This document shows positions 25,737 to 38,100 of a stretch of 64,000 nucleotides of DNA, one piece after another. The position numbers and the translations under genes are program-made. The notes beneath the pieces were generated by a model. The model saw only the letters and a list, made by a program, of their open reading frames with translations, ran no database searches and was not told the origin of the DNA. How positions within the stretch are numbered: the first letter of the stretch is position 1; each line of letters starts with the position of its first letter. The stretch lies in assembly GCA_039621445.1 (NCBI GenBank), contig CP154954.1, positions 32,899,455-32,963,454 of the forward strand, in the 5' to 3' direction. This stretch comes from Euglena gracilis. Lineage: Eukaryota.

Positions 25737-28700
25737 TGCTGCTGTTGCTGTTGTTGCTGTTGTTGCTGCTGTTGTTGATGTGTGTTTTGAGTTGTTCGTG
25801 TGCGTGTTTGTCTGTGTCTCTGTGCGTCTCTTTCCCTCTCTCTCTCTCTCTCTCTGTGTGTGCACATGTGTGTGTGGGGGGACAAAGGAGGCTTGGACTT
25901 TGACATTAAGAAGGCCCTTCAGCTTCACCCACCAAAGACAATGACTCCCAGATTCACACCTCTGGGGGGCGGGGGGGGGGGCGGGGGGGGGTCTGCCCGT
26001 CACACACCTCCTGTGCGGACATCGGCTCCTTCCAGAATGAGATGTAGGCGCCGCCAGGGGAGCCGGAAAGGGGGGGGACAAGCCCCGTCAGCAGGGTTCG
26101 ATATAAGGAGAGGAGGGGGGGGGTGGTCCGGACCCCCCCCCTGCGGGCCGGGGGGGGGGGGGTGGGGGGGACACCCCCCCACCTAAACAGTGGCGCTGTC
26201 AGGGTGACCGAAAATATTTGGCCCCCCAAAACGACCAAAAGTGCCATTTTGGGCACTTTTTGGGCAAAAATTGGCCAAAAATGCAAAAAATTTTCGGTGC
26301 GAAGCGCCGGAGGAAAAAGTTGACCCTTTTTGGGGGGGGGTCCCGGGTACCCCCCGAGGGTCGGTCCGGACCCCCCTTGCAGGTGGGGGGGGGTGGTCCG
26401 GACCCCCCCTGCGGGCCGGGGGGGGGGGGGGGGGGGTACACCCCCCCACCTAAACCATGTACGCCCTCCTTATATCGAACCCTGCCCGTCGGTCCTGAGT
26501 GCAGGTTCACTTGGCCTCAACCCACCCACCCACTCTGGAAACCCTTGTGGGGTGGCACCAGTGTTGAACGAATCTATGGTCCAGGAAACTAATATAAATC
26601 AATGTGACGTTTCAATCAGAAACCATTAAAGAAACACGGAGGATGTACACCCCGGAGTGTCTTGTGCCCTTCAATGCACTTGAGGTATGGTTATTCACGC
26701 CAGGACACTTTCAGTAAGATTTTATCAACTGACACACACAGAAAGAGACGCCTGTTTACCTTCCTTTTTTTATGGTGGAAAATTCGAACAAGAATATCAA
26801 CCTTCAAAGGCAAAAAAAAAAACCACTCAAATGGGAAACACTGAGATTTGAAAAACGCACTATAAAAACACCGACTGACATGGGAGGTGCTGCGGTGTCC
26901 ATGGTGCTGGGCATCGACCTCCCCACTGGCATAAAACGCTGAAAGCAAATTGCCGAGTTTTTTTGGAACCAGAAGAATGATTTTTTCCCTGGGACCCAGA
27001 GGAAAAACAAGTCCCCACAGTCCTGCAAAAAATCTGAAAATACGAGACAATTCCCCCCCAAAACTACCCTCCCCTGGAGGTTTCCAGCAACGGACCCAAA
27101 AATAAGACCCGGGCCCAATTTTGGGAGGGGGTCAGAGGGGGGCGGCTTCCTCCTGCCCTGGGCCAGGGACACCTCGGGCTGGGGGCCCAGCGCGGCCAGC
27201 TCTCGGGCTGTCCGCGTCTCCTCCTCGATGCGCCGGTAGAGGTGGTCCCGGTACCACGCCAGCTCCTCCAGCCGCTCCTCCAGCCTGGGGTGGGGGGCAG
27301 GGGGGGTCAACCCGAGTCGGGGTTCAGCCTGACCAACCCCCCCCCCCCGGGGGGGGGGCTCGGATTTCAGGCCCGGTGGGGTTGGGTGGCCAAAACTATT
27401 TTTGCCAGGAAGAGAATTTTTTTAAGGCATTTTTAAGCATTTTCACACATTCTAAGCATTTGGCCCAGATTTTAGGGCCATTTTAATTCAATCACGGGAT
27501 TTTAAGGTTTTTTGAAAAGCTCCTACGGTGGAGCAAAATGAAATCACAAAACCTCGGCAAAAGGAAAACAGTTGAAGAACTGATTTGGGTGGATAGACAA
27601 CGATGCCAGAAAATCATTCTTTCCCCAACGTTGGTTCAATGCATGGATGGACCGCCTTGCTGCAGCCTTGGACCTCCTGAAAAGTAATGTCAAAAGTGCC
27701 TTACCCCCCCCCCCTATGTCCAATGACCGGTAACCTCTGTCCTCTGACCGGGGGGGGTGGTCGTTGGACATAGGGTAGTGACCAAAAAGGCGTCCTCTGA
27801 CCGGGGGGGGGTGGTCGTTGGACATGGGGTCAAAAGAAAGTTGGTGGGTACCAGGGTCCCTACCCACCCAAAGATGCCCAAATTTTCCCTTCCGGCGCTT
27901 CGCGCCGAAAATTTTGGGCAATTTCGACAAATTTTTGTCCAAAAAGTGTCAAAAATGGCATTTTGGCCAAATTTTTGGCCATTTTTTGGGCAAAATTTTT
28001 CGTCCCGGCGCTTCACGCCGGGACGAAAAAAATTGATCAAACCTCCGAAAAGGTGTCCTCTGGCCGGGGGGGTGGTCATTGGACATAGGGGGGTCGTTGG
28101 ACATAGGAGGGGGGTAAAAATTGAAGTGCCTGGATGAACCAAAGGGAGAGGGGGAAAGACCTTGAAAGCTTTGAGGTGGCCAATCTTGCACCGGGGCCTT
28201 ATTTGCCCCATTTGCAGAACTGGGTAACCTTCCATTCTTTTTATTTCGCGGCTTGGGTCCAGGTCTTTGAGGTTCTGCTTATGCCGTCCATAGCCCACAG
28301 CTGTTTTGCGCTACCATCTTCTCAGGTTGAAACTCGGGGCATCAAAGCAAATTCTTATAACTGTTGAAAGAGTGCGGACCATGTTTTGTGTGCTGTCCCC
28401 CCAAACAACCAACTGGCCTGTCCCAACCCCGGTCATCGATTGGGGGTGAGGAATGATCAAAAATGTTGAGACCGGCTTTTGTTGATTGTGAGGTTGGAGG
28501 CATACTCTTGTTCCTTCGCATGGTCCCGGCTTTCTATCACAGTGCACTGCTGGACATGCAGCTCCGCTGAGCACAAAGCATTTGCCAAGACTGGGAGTTG
28601 AAAAAATCCCATCCCATCCCATCCTGACAGTGATCGGCCAGGGAAGAGCCCAGAAAGGGGAAAAGGTCAGATATTAAATTTGGTATCAAACCAGACAGAG

Positions 28701-29781
28701 CTGAGAAAATGGTAACAGCGACAGCAGCAGGGAACACACTGAGAAACACCATGCTCATAATATGTATAATGTACATAATATGTAATATACAAATGAATAA
28801 TACACATAATATATATAATATATGATATACGTATGCATAATATGTATAATATGTATACAATATATAATGTACATTTATTTATGTATGCAATACAATATAA
28901 ATTAAACACATAATAATACTATTATACCATTATTTTTTATTTGTTTTCCCTTTACAAGGCCCTGTCCACAGATTTGGTATCTTTCTCATTTAGCCAGCCG
29001 ACTTCAGGATGGCCAAGTGAATTTCCCGGGCGGAGGTCAACCTACCGACCTACCCAACCCACCGGTCAAAAAGCCCTTCAAAGCCCTTTGGTATTTTTTC
29101 TTCTTCGTCGGAACAGCTTCTGTATACCACAGTGATAAGCAGCGTCTAGTAATAAATGACGTTGCAGGCAGGCCATCTGCTAGGCAACAGGCTCACAGCT
29201 CTCTTGCTGACTTATAATCACTACCGCAAAATCCCCCTACCCAAAATCCCCCTGGTTTCCAGTGATCTTGGCGGTTTTTTTTTGACCCAAAACACCCGAA
29301 AAATCCCCGCGAGCAGAGGTTTCTCTCAGGACCAAAAAGAGGAAGTTGCAGGGAAGGGGGGTGCAGACCCACCCACCCACCGGGGCTCAGGGGGACCCAC
29401 TTTTGGGGTCAATTTTGGGTACAAAATTTTTTTCCTGCCTCTGAGAGGGACCCCCCCCCCAGGGGGGGCTTGGCTGGGACCCACTGGGGGGGGGGGTCCT
29501 GGTGGGTCCCCGTGGGTACGAAACTTAAAAGATTTCTCTGCCCACAAGAGGCACAGAATAAAAATTTTGGGGGAATGCTTTCTTGCATAACAGCTGATCC
29601 ATGCCAGGGAGGGATGGAGCGCCCCGAACACCCACCGACGTCAAAAACACGCACAAACACGCCACGCGGAGAGGCACAATGATTTGCATAACTCGGTGTT
29701 GGGGGTTTGGATTGAAAAGGCAGGCAAAGCCTTGGTGAGGTCCCGGAGCACCGTCTGCACTTGGTCCTGCAGCGCTTCCAT
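17455..29781 (-). CDS. Multi-exon gene: N-terminal coiled coil + one BLUF domain + degenerate class III adenylyl-cyclase-like domain (PAC/bPAC-like); 3' end unresolved
   Basis: Phase-consistent exons (minus): 29731-29781, 29128-29179, 28506-28566 (these three less certain), 27164-27284, 26008-26049, 25093-25195, 24652-24731, 24074-24096, 23451-23541, 22262-22346, 21566-21642, 20085-20199, 19609-19682, 18461-18601, and 17529 down to 17455 or further. Spliced protein includes VSLAYISFWKEPMSAQEVAYIGLYGRVANQKKRLTSCLL...FFQVIEGPEAAVDELYAKIARDPRHHRVSLLRRETISTRRF (BLUF), then ERYAPPVVTHRLAHGIDPLT...GGTCYPWIGNGMLVTF...LCVGVDAG...GLLGPPV, colinear with Beggiatoa bPAC as recalled. Confidence 0.85.
20387..21412. 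repeat. (TATG)n microsatellite, ~1 kb
   Basis: Read directly from the sequence. Confidence 0.97.
23451..27175 (-). CDS. BLUF (blue-light FAD sensor) domain, split over six exons
   Basis: Motifs LAYIS, ANQ..LT..LL, FFQVIEG....VDELY..I..DPRH and RRF appear in the right order and spacing once spliced. Confidence 0.92.
26050..27163 (-). other. Non-conventional (euglenid-type) intron inside BLUF beta-1
   Basis: Borders CTG|gccCAGgg ... ccCTGgcggc|GCC place CAG at +4..+6 and CTG at -8..-6. Removal yields VSL-AYIS. Confidence 0.85.
26092..26484. mobile_element. hAT-type MITE nested in a non-conventional intron
   Basis: Perfect 19-bp TIR cagggttcgatataaggag. Flanks cccgtcag / cccgtcgg match at 7 of 8 positions. 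Confidence 0.9.
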
Positions 29782-29950
29782 CCCGGGGCCTCACACCGCC
29801 CGGAGGAAAAAGACGGCACACGGCATGCGACGCACTGCGGGTTTGGGTGGCACGGGTTGTGTTGGAGAATTGAACTGTCATTGGGGCGCTCCAGAAGAAA
29901 AAATCGGGGGCCATTTTCTATGCTCCCAGGCTTAACCTCCCACACTGGTA

Positions 29951-30067
29951 CCCCCCCCCCCGGGAAACTGTCACCTGACAGGTTGGCCGGTACCGGGGAC
30001 CCTGACAGTTTCCCGGGCGGGACCCTGACAGGTTCTTGGGCATGACAGTTTCCCGGGGGGGGGGGGG
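29951..30067. mobile_element. Short MITE flanked by TA (Tc1/mariner-like)
   Basis: ta|C11gggaaactgtca ... tgacagtttcccG(n)|ta. Relatives at ~20333-20386 and ~30795-30930; a similar family lies at ~17833-18330. Confidence 0.8.
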
Positions 30068-31817
30068 TAGGTGCATAGCGTAAAAATGCCCCGGCCAGTG
30101 AACAAAGCGTCCACCTGAATCTGCTCAGCGATTGGATTGGCATTTTTATCTCTTTGCTTCTGTTTTGTTCTTTGAATGTCGCGGGCCGCGCCCCGAGATT
30201 TTTTTGGGGGAAATCCTTTTTTCAAGGTGACTGCCCCACCTGTTGGGATGCTAACTGGGGCCGAATCATTTGACACACCACTCACGGTGTGGATGCGCAT
30301 GGGATGCCTTAAGCAGGTTTTTTCATAACAACCATCTCACTGCACCACATTGTCAAACAAATATCGGAGCTGAATGAGGGTTTCTCCCAACCAACCAATC
30401 AGCAACGGTGGAAGTGAATTTGCTTGCAAAGCAGGAACACCTACAATTTTGGGATTTTGAACAGACGTTGTGAGATGAGGGGTGGTGCCTCCGGAAACAA
30501 AAGCAATTCAGGGGTACGCCCATTGGTAAGTGTGCTGAACGGCTGCGACTGACTCCAGGGCTGTTTATCTCTGCAGGAGAGGAAGGTCGCAAACTGGAGA
30601 TTTTCAAACAGCCCTGGTTTCACTCCAACAACCTGCTGGTGCGACCGCAGCCCTTGGGGTGGAAAAAAATATTCAGTCACCCCTCAATCTTTTTTTGCAA
30701 AAGGTGTGAGGCACAGAAATAAACCAATAAAATTGTTTGCCACAAGGATTCCACACAATTTGTAGAAAAATCCGTGAAAGCACACCTTCCCACCTGGGAC
30801 ACTGTCACATGAAAAGCCAGCCAGTACCACAGTACCAGGGACCCTGGCAACTTGCCATGATGACAGATTGGCCGGTACTGGGACTTCGGACAGCATCCCG
30901 GGTGGGACCTGACAGGTTCTCGGGCATGCCAGCCAGGGGTTTCCATTTAAGGACCTCCGGGGGGGGGGAGGGTCCTGCGGGCCGGCTAGAAAAAAGGTGC
31001 TGGCTGGACCCCCCGGCAGCCAGGTGAGGGGTGGGGGGTTCGGGGGGGGGGGGTCCGACCTCTGGCAGCTGGGCCCGGCAGATACCCAAAAAATGGCAGA
31101 GATGTCCAACTCCAGCTGGGTTGGGGTTTTTTTTTAGCTAGAAATCCCGAAACCCTAAAAACCCTAAAACCCTGAAATCCCTAAAAACAGCCCCCCTCAA
31201 AAATGCATTTCTTGGCCACTTTGCCTCCTTTTTTCCGGCCCAACTCGGCTTTGCCGGGCTGGCTAAACTTCATTTAGGAGGATCTCCTGGGGGGGCCCAC
31301 CGCCCAGCTGGGAGCTGCTGGCTGGAAAAAAAAAACGTGCTGGCTGAATGGAACCCCCCCCCCCCCGGGGGGTGGCTTGAGAAAACCCTTGGTGACACTG
31401 TCCCAGGAGCTGGGTGCATAAAATGTGAATGATATCTGTATATTTTGAATGATATCTGTATCTTAAAAAATTACCATTCTTGTTTTATTAGCATTGGGAA
31501 GAATATGGCGATGTCCAAATGACGAGGTACTAGAAAGATGGTCTCGATAATGGCCTGCTGATCATTAAACTGCGTGGGGAAAGTATTTATGTACTGCGTT
31601 CCATATTTCCAGGTTGGCACGATGGGTTCATGGATGAAAACACAGACCATCAAAATGCGCAATCCAACAAATGGAGCATGCCAATCCGGTCACTTGAGGG
31701 TTCAAAAGACAAACGTAACTGCATCACGCGCCCAATCAACACGGCAGGAGACAGTCCAAGGGTGGGGGCGTGCAGTTAATCCATAGCCGGAGGCCGGGTT
31801 GCCCCGCGCCTAGGGTG

Positions 31818-32045
31818 TCACCGCACGTGCCTCAGGACGGCAAAGTGGTCCTCCAGTGAGGGGCGGCGGCCGGCGAAGTGATAATCGCACGTGGAGCGGA
31901 ATGCGTCGCCGTGCAGCGCATGCAGCGTGCGGCAGAACTGCTCCAGCTCGCCCCTCGCCGCCAGCCTTCGCTTTGCAACACCCCATTCCCCCGGATGTAA
32001 ACCCTCCCCCCAAATAAAGCCCCCCCTGGGCGGGGACTTCAGGCA

Positions 32046-32120
<75 letters not shown>

Positions 32121-35100
32121 TAATTACAACAACAACAACAACAACAACAACAACACCACCACCACCAACAACAACAATTTGGTGGAGGTACACAAAACCT
32201 CAGCTCTGCCGCATTGGCCGCACGGCAAATTTTGTAAGACACTGCAGCGATGGGTGTTTTGCGGAGTGAGGTGGTTTGGGCACACTTCCGAACCCTTTTT
32301 GGCAGATATCGAGTGAGTCCCAGCGCACGCAACAAGCAAAGTGTCTTCCACACTGAAAAGCAGCAAAATCAGGCAGGGGCGGAGAGCCAGGGTTCCAAAA
32401 GTGAGGTCGGGGTGGTGAGATCCCTTTATCTCCAGCTGTGCACACCCAAAGCTCACTTTGCCCCCCGGGGCAAGCACAGGTGGCAACGCAGCCGAGGCCG
32501 CAGCTGCACCATGTACGGGGTGGAGTGGATTTCGATGCAGCGTTGGCCACCGTCAGCAGCTGCCCTCAGGGTTTGATGATGCGACAGACCATCAGGGTGC
32601 CATCCAACCCATCCCACCAGGGGGGGGGTGAAGGGGCGGGTCGTTAGTGTAGTCAAAACGTGAATCCCACGTAGTTTCCAATACCTTTCATTTCAGCATT
32701 TCATGCATCAAACCCCTGGCTAGCCGAGGCAAACCCTGCTGGACTTTGCCGCCACCCACCGCTCCACGAAGCACAGCAAGGCATCATTTCATCGCCCCCG
32801 CCCCCTTCATCATTTATTGAATTTCGTGTATCGATCACTTAAGCACATCAGCAATTGTCCTGCACAACAAACCAAACCAAACCAAATTCCATAGCCCAGA
32901 TGCAGGGAGCCAATGGCTGTCTTATTTTGGATACACTTTTTTGATTTAAAGGTTAAATGGTAACTTGGATGTTACCATCCTTGGTATCAATTTTTGATTG
33001 GGCATTATTGAAAGAAACCCAAATGGCTACCCTCCCCTCCCTTGTCGTACGACCTGCAACCTGCGACAGGGGGGCTGGTCGTTAGATCCCCCTAACCTGC
33101 AACCTGCGACCGGGGGGTGGTCGTTATAATGGGGGTGGTTGTTGTTCACAATATTGACCGATACCAATGGGGACCTGAATTGTCGTCATGGGTGCGCTGA
33201 AGGACCTTGTACAACTGCGGAGGCTTTCGAGCCATCGCTACAGGTGTGCAAACCATGAGCGCCGGTGGGGAACATGGAAAATGCCTGAAAAAGGCGGCAT
33301 ACATGGATGCATCTTCATACAACCTCAAAAAAACCAGCCTTTTTTTGGTCCTGACCTGCGACCTGCGACCGGGGAGTGGTCGTTAGACCCCCTTGACCTG
33401 CAACCTGCGACCAGGGGGTGGTCGTTATAATGGGGTGGTCTTACGACAAGGGGGGGGGAGGGTACCAGCAAAAAACTGTCGACAATATTGAATACCAGGA
33501 ATGCAACTCCTTCAGCGATGGACCTTAAAAAGGGACAAAACACAAAACACACACAAGTCAAAAAAAAGCTTGCATTTCCCCCTGCCTTCTTTTGCTTTTG
33601 CATGTGATTTGGTGCGTGGCATTTAGCATTGGATGCCCTTTCACTTTATAGACAGCACCCCCCAAAATCCTGCCTGAAATCTGTCCGCTGTGGGTGGCAA
33701 TGCTTTCTTAAAAAGAAGTTTCCAGCCACATTGTGCTTCATCAGCTTTGGTGAAAAATGACTCTGGTACCGATGAATAATGAATGAAGGAGTCGAACTGC
33801 AGAACAATCTGCACAAACAGTAACCCCCCCCCCCCAAATAAGACCCGGGTCATATTTCTGGGTCCGTTGCTGGAAACCTCCAGGGGGGGGTCTTATTTTT
33901 GGATTTTTCCTTGACCAACCCGGGCCTGAAAAAATATTTTTTTCAGGATCCCAAAAGCATTTCAAACTTTGGTGCTTTGCTCCATGTGCAAATTGGTGTA
34001 AGTTGACAGTTTTTTTGCACTTCAAAAATCTGAAAAAAATTTGAAATTTCATCATTTTTGTGCATGAAATTGGGGTTTTTGGCAATTTTCAGGTATATTT
34101 TTTTTTTCAACTTTTCACCGTCTTTGGCGCTTCGTGCCATCAGGGGGGTCTTATTTTGGGGGGTCTTATTTTTGGATTTTTGCTTGATCGGCCCAGGGGG
34201 AGTCTTATTTTGGGGGGGGTCTTATTTTTCTTGGATTTTTGCTCGAAGGGAGGGTCTTGTTTTTGGGGGGTCTTACTTTTGGGCGGGTTTAATAAAATTT
34301 GGTATCATTGATCGGGAATGATCATGATTTCCTCCTTAGGTGACACGTAGGTGACAAACACTGAGGTCGCAACAGACCACCATCTCAGCGGGTTGAGGGG
34401 GACAGCGGAGGTGAAAGGCGGCCTGGGCGTTGCACAGCGGCGGGCCAGGGGCCGGGGTAGGCGCCCGGCAGGTTGGAGTTGCCGGCGTCCACCCAAATGA
34501 GGCGCCGCACGAGGCGGAGGGCGAAGGGGCTGTCCGGGGCGGGGGCGCCGTCGCGGGGGTCATCCACCGCTTCCTCCGGCGGCGGCGGGCGACTGGCGAC
34601 GGTTGAGGGTTGAGGCGGGCTCTGGCCCCGGACAAACCCGGGGCGAGGGGCTTTCTTAAGGACCCCCGGGGGGATTCCGCATGCCAGCTGAAAAAAGGTG
34701 CTGCCGCCCTCCCCCCCCCAGGGGTACGGGTCCGGGGGTCTGGCCAGGTGGTAGCTGGACCTGGAAGGCACCTAAAAACAGGCGAAAAGCCTTGCCGTTT
34801 CTGGCCATTTTGACCCCCTGTTCCCAATATTTTCGGTCCACTGGCTTCGCTGGGCTGGCCCGAACTTTATTTCAGTGGACCCCCCACAGCCCGGCTGGCT
34901 GGACCCCCTCCCCAGGGTAGGGTCCCCTCCGCGTGAGAAAAGCCCCTGCCCGTTCTTTGCAAGGCGGCCCTGGACGAAATGGAAAAAAAGAAACTTTTGT
35001 CCCAGCGCAACAAGGAAAATAAAAAGGAAAAATAAGTGGAAAATTGGAGGAAACGGGTGCACAATAGGGAAAAAATGTGATCAAAAGTTCGCTGCACAGA

Positions 35101-38100
35101 GTTGATTGATTGCAAAAACGTGCCAGTTCAGGCACTGTCCCCCCTCCCTCGAAAAGAGTCGATATCATCCTGAACATCAACGCCGCCGTTTAAAAATAAT
35201 AAAAATGGGGGTGCCGGTGGGCCAATACCGGCGACCCTGACAGCTTCACTTAGGCGGCCGGATTCGCACTTAAGCTTTTTTCCTTTGGATGCGCGCAATT
35301 GCGCAAATGTACCATTTTTTTGTAACCCCTGGGACCCTGTACCCTGACACCCAGAACATGATTTAAGAACCGTTACACCCATCTATTGGGAGGAGATTAA
35401 CTCCCAGTGGTCTGGTGTGCATGCTGCTTACCAGGTGACGTTAATAGGGCTGGGGGTGAGACTGGTGCTGTTGTACATCAAACGGGAGAGAGGCACACAC
35501 CCCTTGTGACGACACTTGGAAATGGTGCTGACGTGCTGGCTGAACTGGCTTGGACACTGCCGCCACCGGTGAGAACACACGGAGCCCCATTAGATCACAC
35601 CACCACAGACACACAGACTACGTGAGGCAGCCGTCACGCAATTGATGTGTGTTTGTGCGCGCAATTGCGCAAATAAAACAATTGTGATTGTGGGCGCATT
35701 TGCACAAATAAAACACAAACCGATGATGTTAAAATGACGTGTTGGTGGGCGCAAATGCGCGCACCAACACGTTTGGTGGTGTGCGCATTTGCGCAAATGC
35801 GCGTACCAACACGTTTATGTTTACTTGCGCAAATGCGCCACCAACATGTACTTTGACTTTCTACGTTAAAAGACACCAATGAGGACCATGACCCTACGAG
35901 GTTTTAAAACGTGATGGACGTGTTGGTGCGCGCAATTGCGCAAATAAACACAATTACGTTTGTGCGCGCATTTGCGCAAATAAACACACAAACATTCAAT
36001 AAACCGCTTCAAAATGATGTGTTTGTAGGAGCCTTAGAGCACACAAACAAAGTTGTGTTTATTTGCGAAAATGCGTGCACCAACACACATCAGTTGTGCA
36101 ATACCATCTCCTCCTCTGTGACAGCTGGCAAACGCAACTCCTCACGCCAACCAATGATTTACACCACAATTACATGCTGATGAAATTTGTGGTGAGAGGT
36201 GGTGTGGAGTGTTCACTGGAACACGGCAAATGACTGGCCAAAATTTGCCTGCCTTACGTGTGTACATTTGCACTGCTGTTACCCGGCCCACACGACCTGT
36301 TGTTTTGGCGTCATCCGTTTGGCAGTTAAACATCATGAATTGATGCGTGCAAACGACCTGTGACTGTTGGACACCTTTTCTGCAACAGGACTGCGTTGCG
36401 AGAAGACAAAATTTGGCACCTGAAATACCCGGGACGTGTCCGGCCGGAGTCCGTTTTACGGTTTTCTTTGCCATTTTCCCCTTGAAAAACGTAAAAAACA
36501 CCAGTTTTTGTGCATAATTTGGGGGGAGTGGGTCCCACCGCTTTGATGCACCCAATCCAGGGGTAAAGGTTCAACACTTCCTTGCATCCAAAGGAACGGG
36601 TGCTTGAGGGCTACCTCTCTTCGGATGCCGGTTGCCATGCACTGGCACCACGTCATACCCCCAGTCTTACACCCTGGTTGCGGGGTATAACGTGGCCGCT
36701 GTGGTGGGTGTCGTTGCACCGGGGAAGTGGATGCTGGCCTGTTGGGTGCTGAAGCATCAGCAGCTGATGGGGCTTTAACAGCGGAGCCCAGGCCGCAGGT
36801 CAGCGGCAGGGACCTTGGGACCCAAAAATTGGTGCCGGTGGACGTGTACAGTTACTGGGTGGCTATGCACGCACCTTCTGGAGATCCTACGTCTCCATCT
36901 TTTGTGGGACCTGTCAATGGTCAAAAAACGGCACAATAACACCATATACCGGAGGAGACGGTGTGGTCATTTGCTTTCAACCATTCAGAAGTCACTAAGG
37001 GTAGTTGCAGGAGAGGCAAATGCAATCGTTTTCTACTCCTCCATTAGTTGTTTATTTGTGCATTTGCGCGCATCACGTTGTTTGTGGGCGCAAATGCGCA
37101 AATAAACATAGTAAATTGTGCAGTTTCTTCATACAGTTTATTTGCGCATTTGAGCCCACGAACAACGTGATGCGCGCAAATGCGCAAATAACCCACATCT
37201 GCTGTCAGTGTTTGACGGTTGTGTTTCCGTCACACCGTTCTTATTTGTGTTTATGGGCGCAAATGCGCGCACCAACAAAATTTATTTTTTATGCGCGCAT
37301 TTGCGCAAATGCGCGCATAAAACATAATTTTTGTTTGTGCGTGCATTTGCGCCCATAAACTTGCGCCGTTGACAAACAGTGTGACAAACTCACCAACTGG
37401 ATGGCCCCTCAGTCCGTACCGTCAGGGCCTCTATGTCACGCAGTTTTTCAACGGCGTCAGTTCATGGGTGCCAAAGCCCAATCCCAGAAGGACAAAATTG
37501 TGTTGATGCGCGCAATTGCGCGCATCAACATAAACATGTTGGTGCGCGCATTTGCGCGCATAAACACAATTTTGTCCTTCCAGTGTGTGGCTTCTCCTGC
37601 TGGGTTCTTTGCCACACAACTGGTTCTGCGCATCCCGGGTACAAGCCGGGTGGGAGACACCCGTTCCCCTTTGTCCCCTTTATTCCCTGTGGACCCCATT
37701 TCTTCACCCTCTGCACATCCCTTGCCAAACACCCCGTACTTACCTTCCTTCCCCTGTGTCCTTCCCGCCGGCTTGGCCACACCACACCCACACCCCCCGG
37801 CACCTCCTCCCCGCGCTTTAACAAACAGCCCCAAAAACACCACACTAAGGTGCCGCAAACAAAGCAGTCCGACAAACACCCAGGACGCACACCGCCGGCA
37901 GCTCGGGCTCACCCGGGGACACAGCCGAAAGAAGCAACAAGGGCAGTAAAGGTCCCGTTCCTAAGGTGCTTTTTTGCGTTTTTCTCCCTTTGGGCTGGCA
38001 GGGTCCCGGGGGTTTCAACGGCAGCCCGAAACTACTGGCCCCCCGGGGGGGGGCCCAGTAGTTAATCCGGGGGGTCAAGGTAATTTTTTTGTGTTAATGA

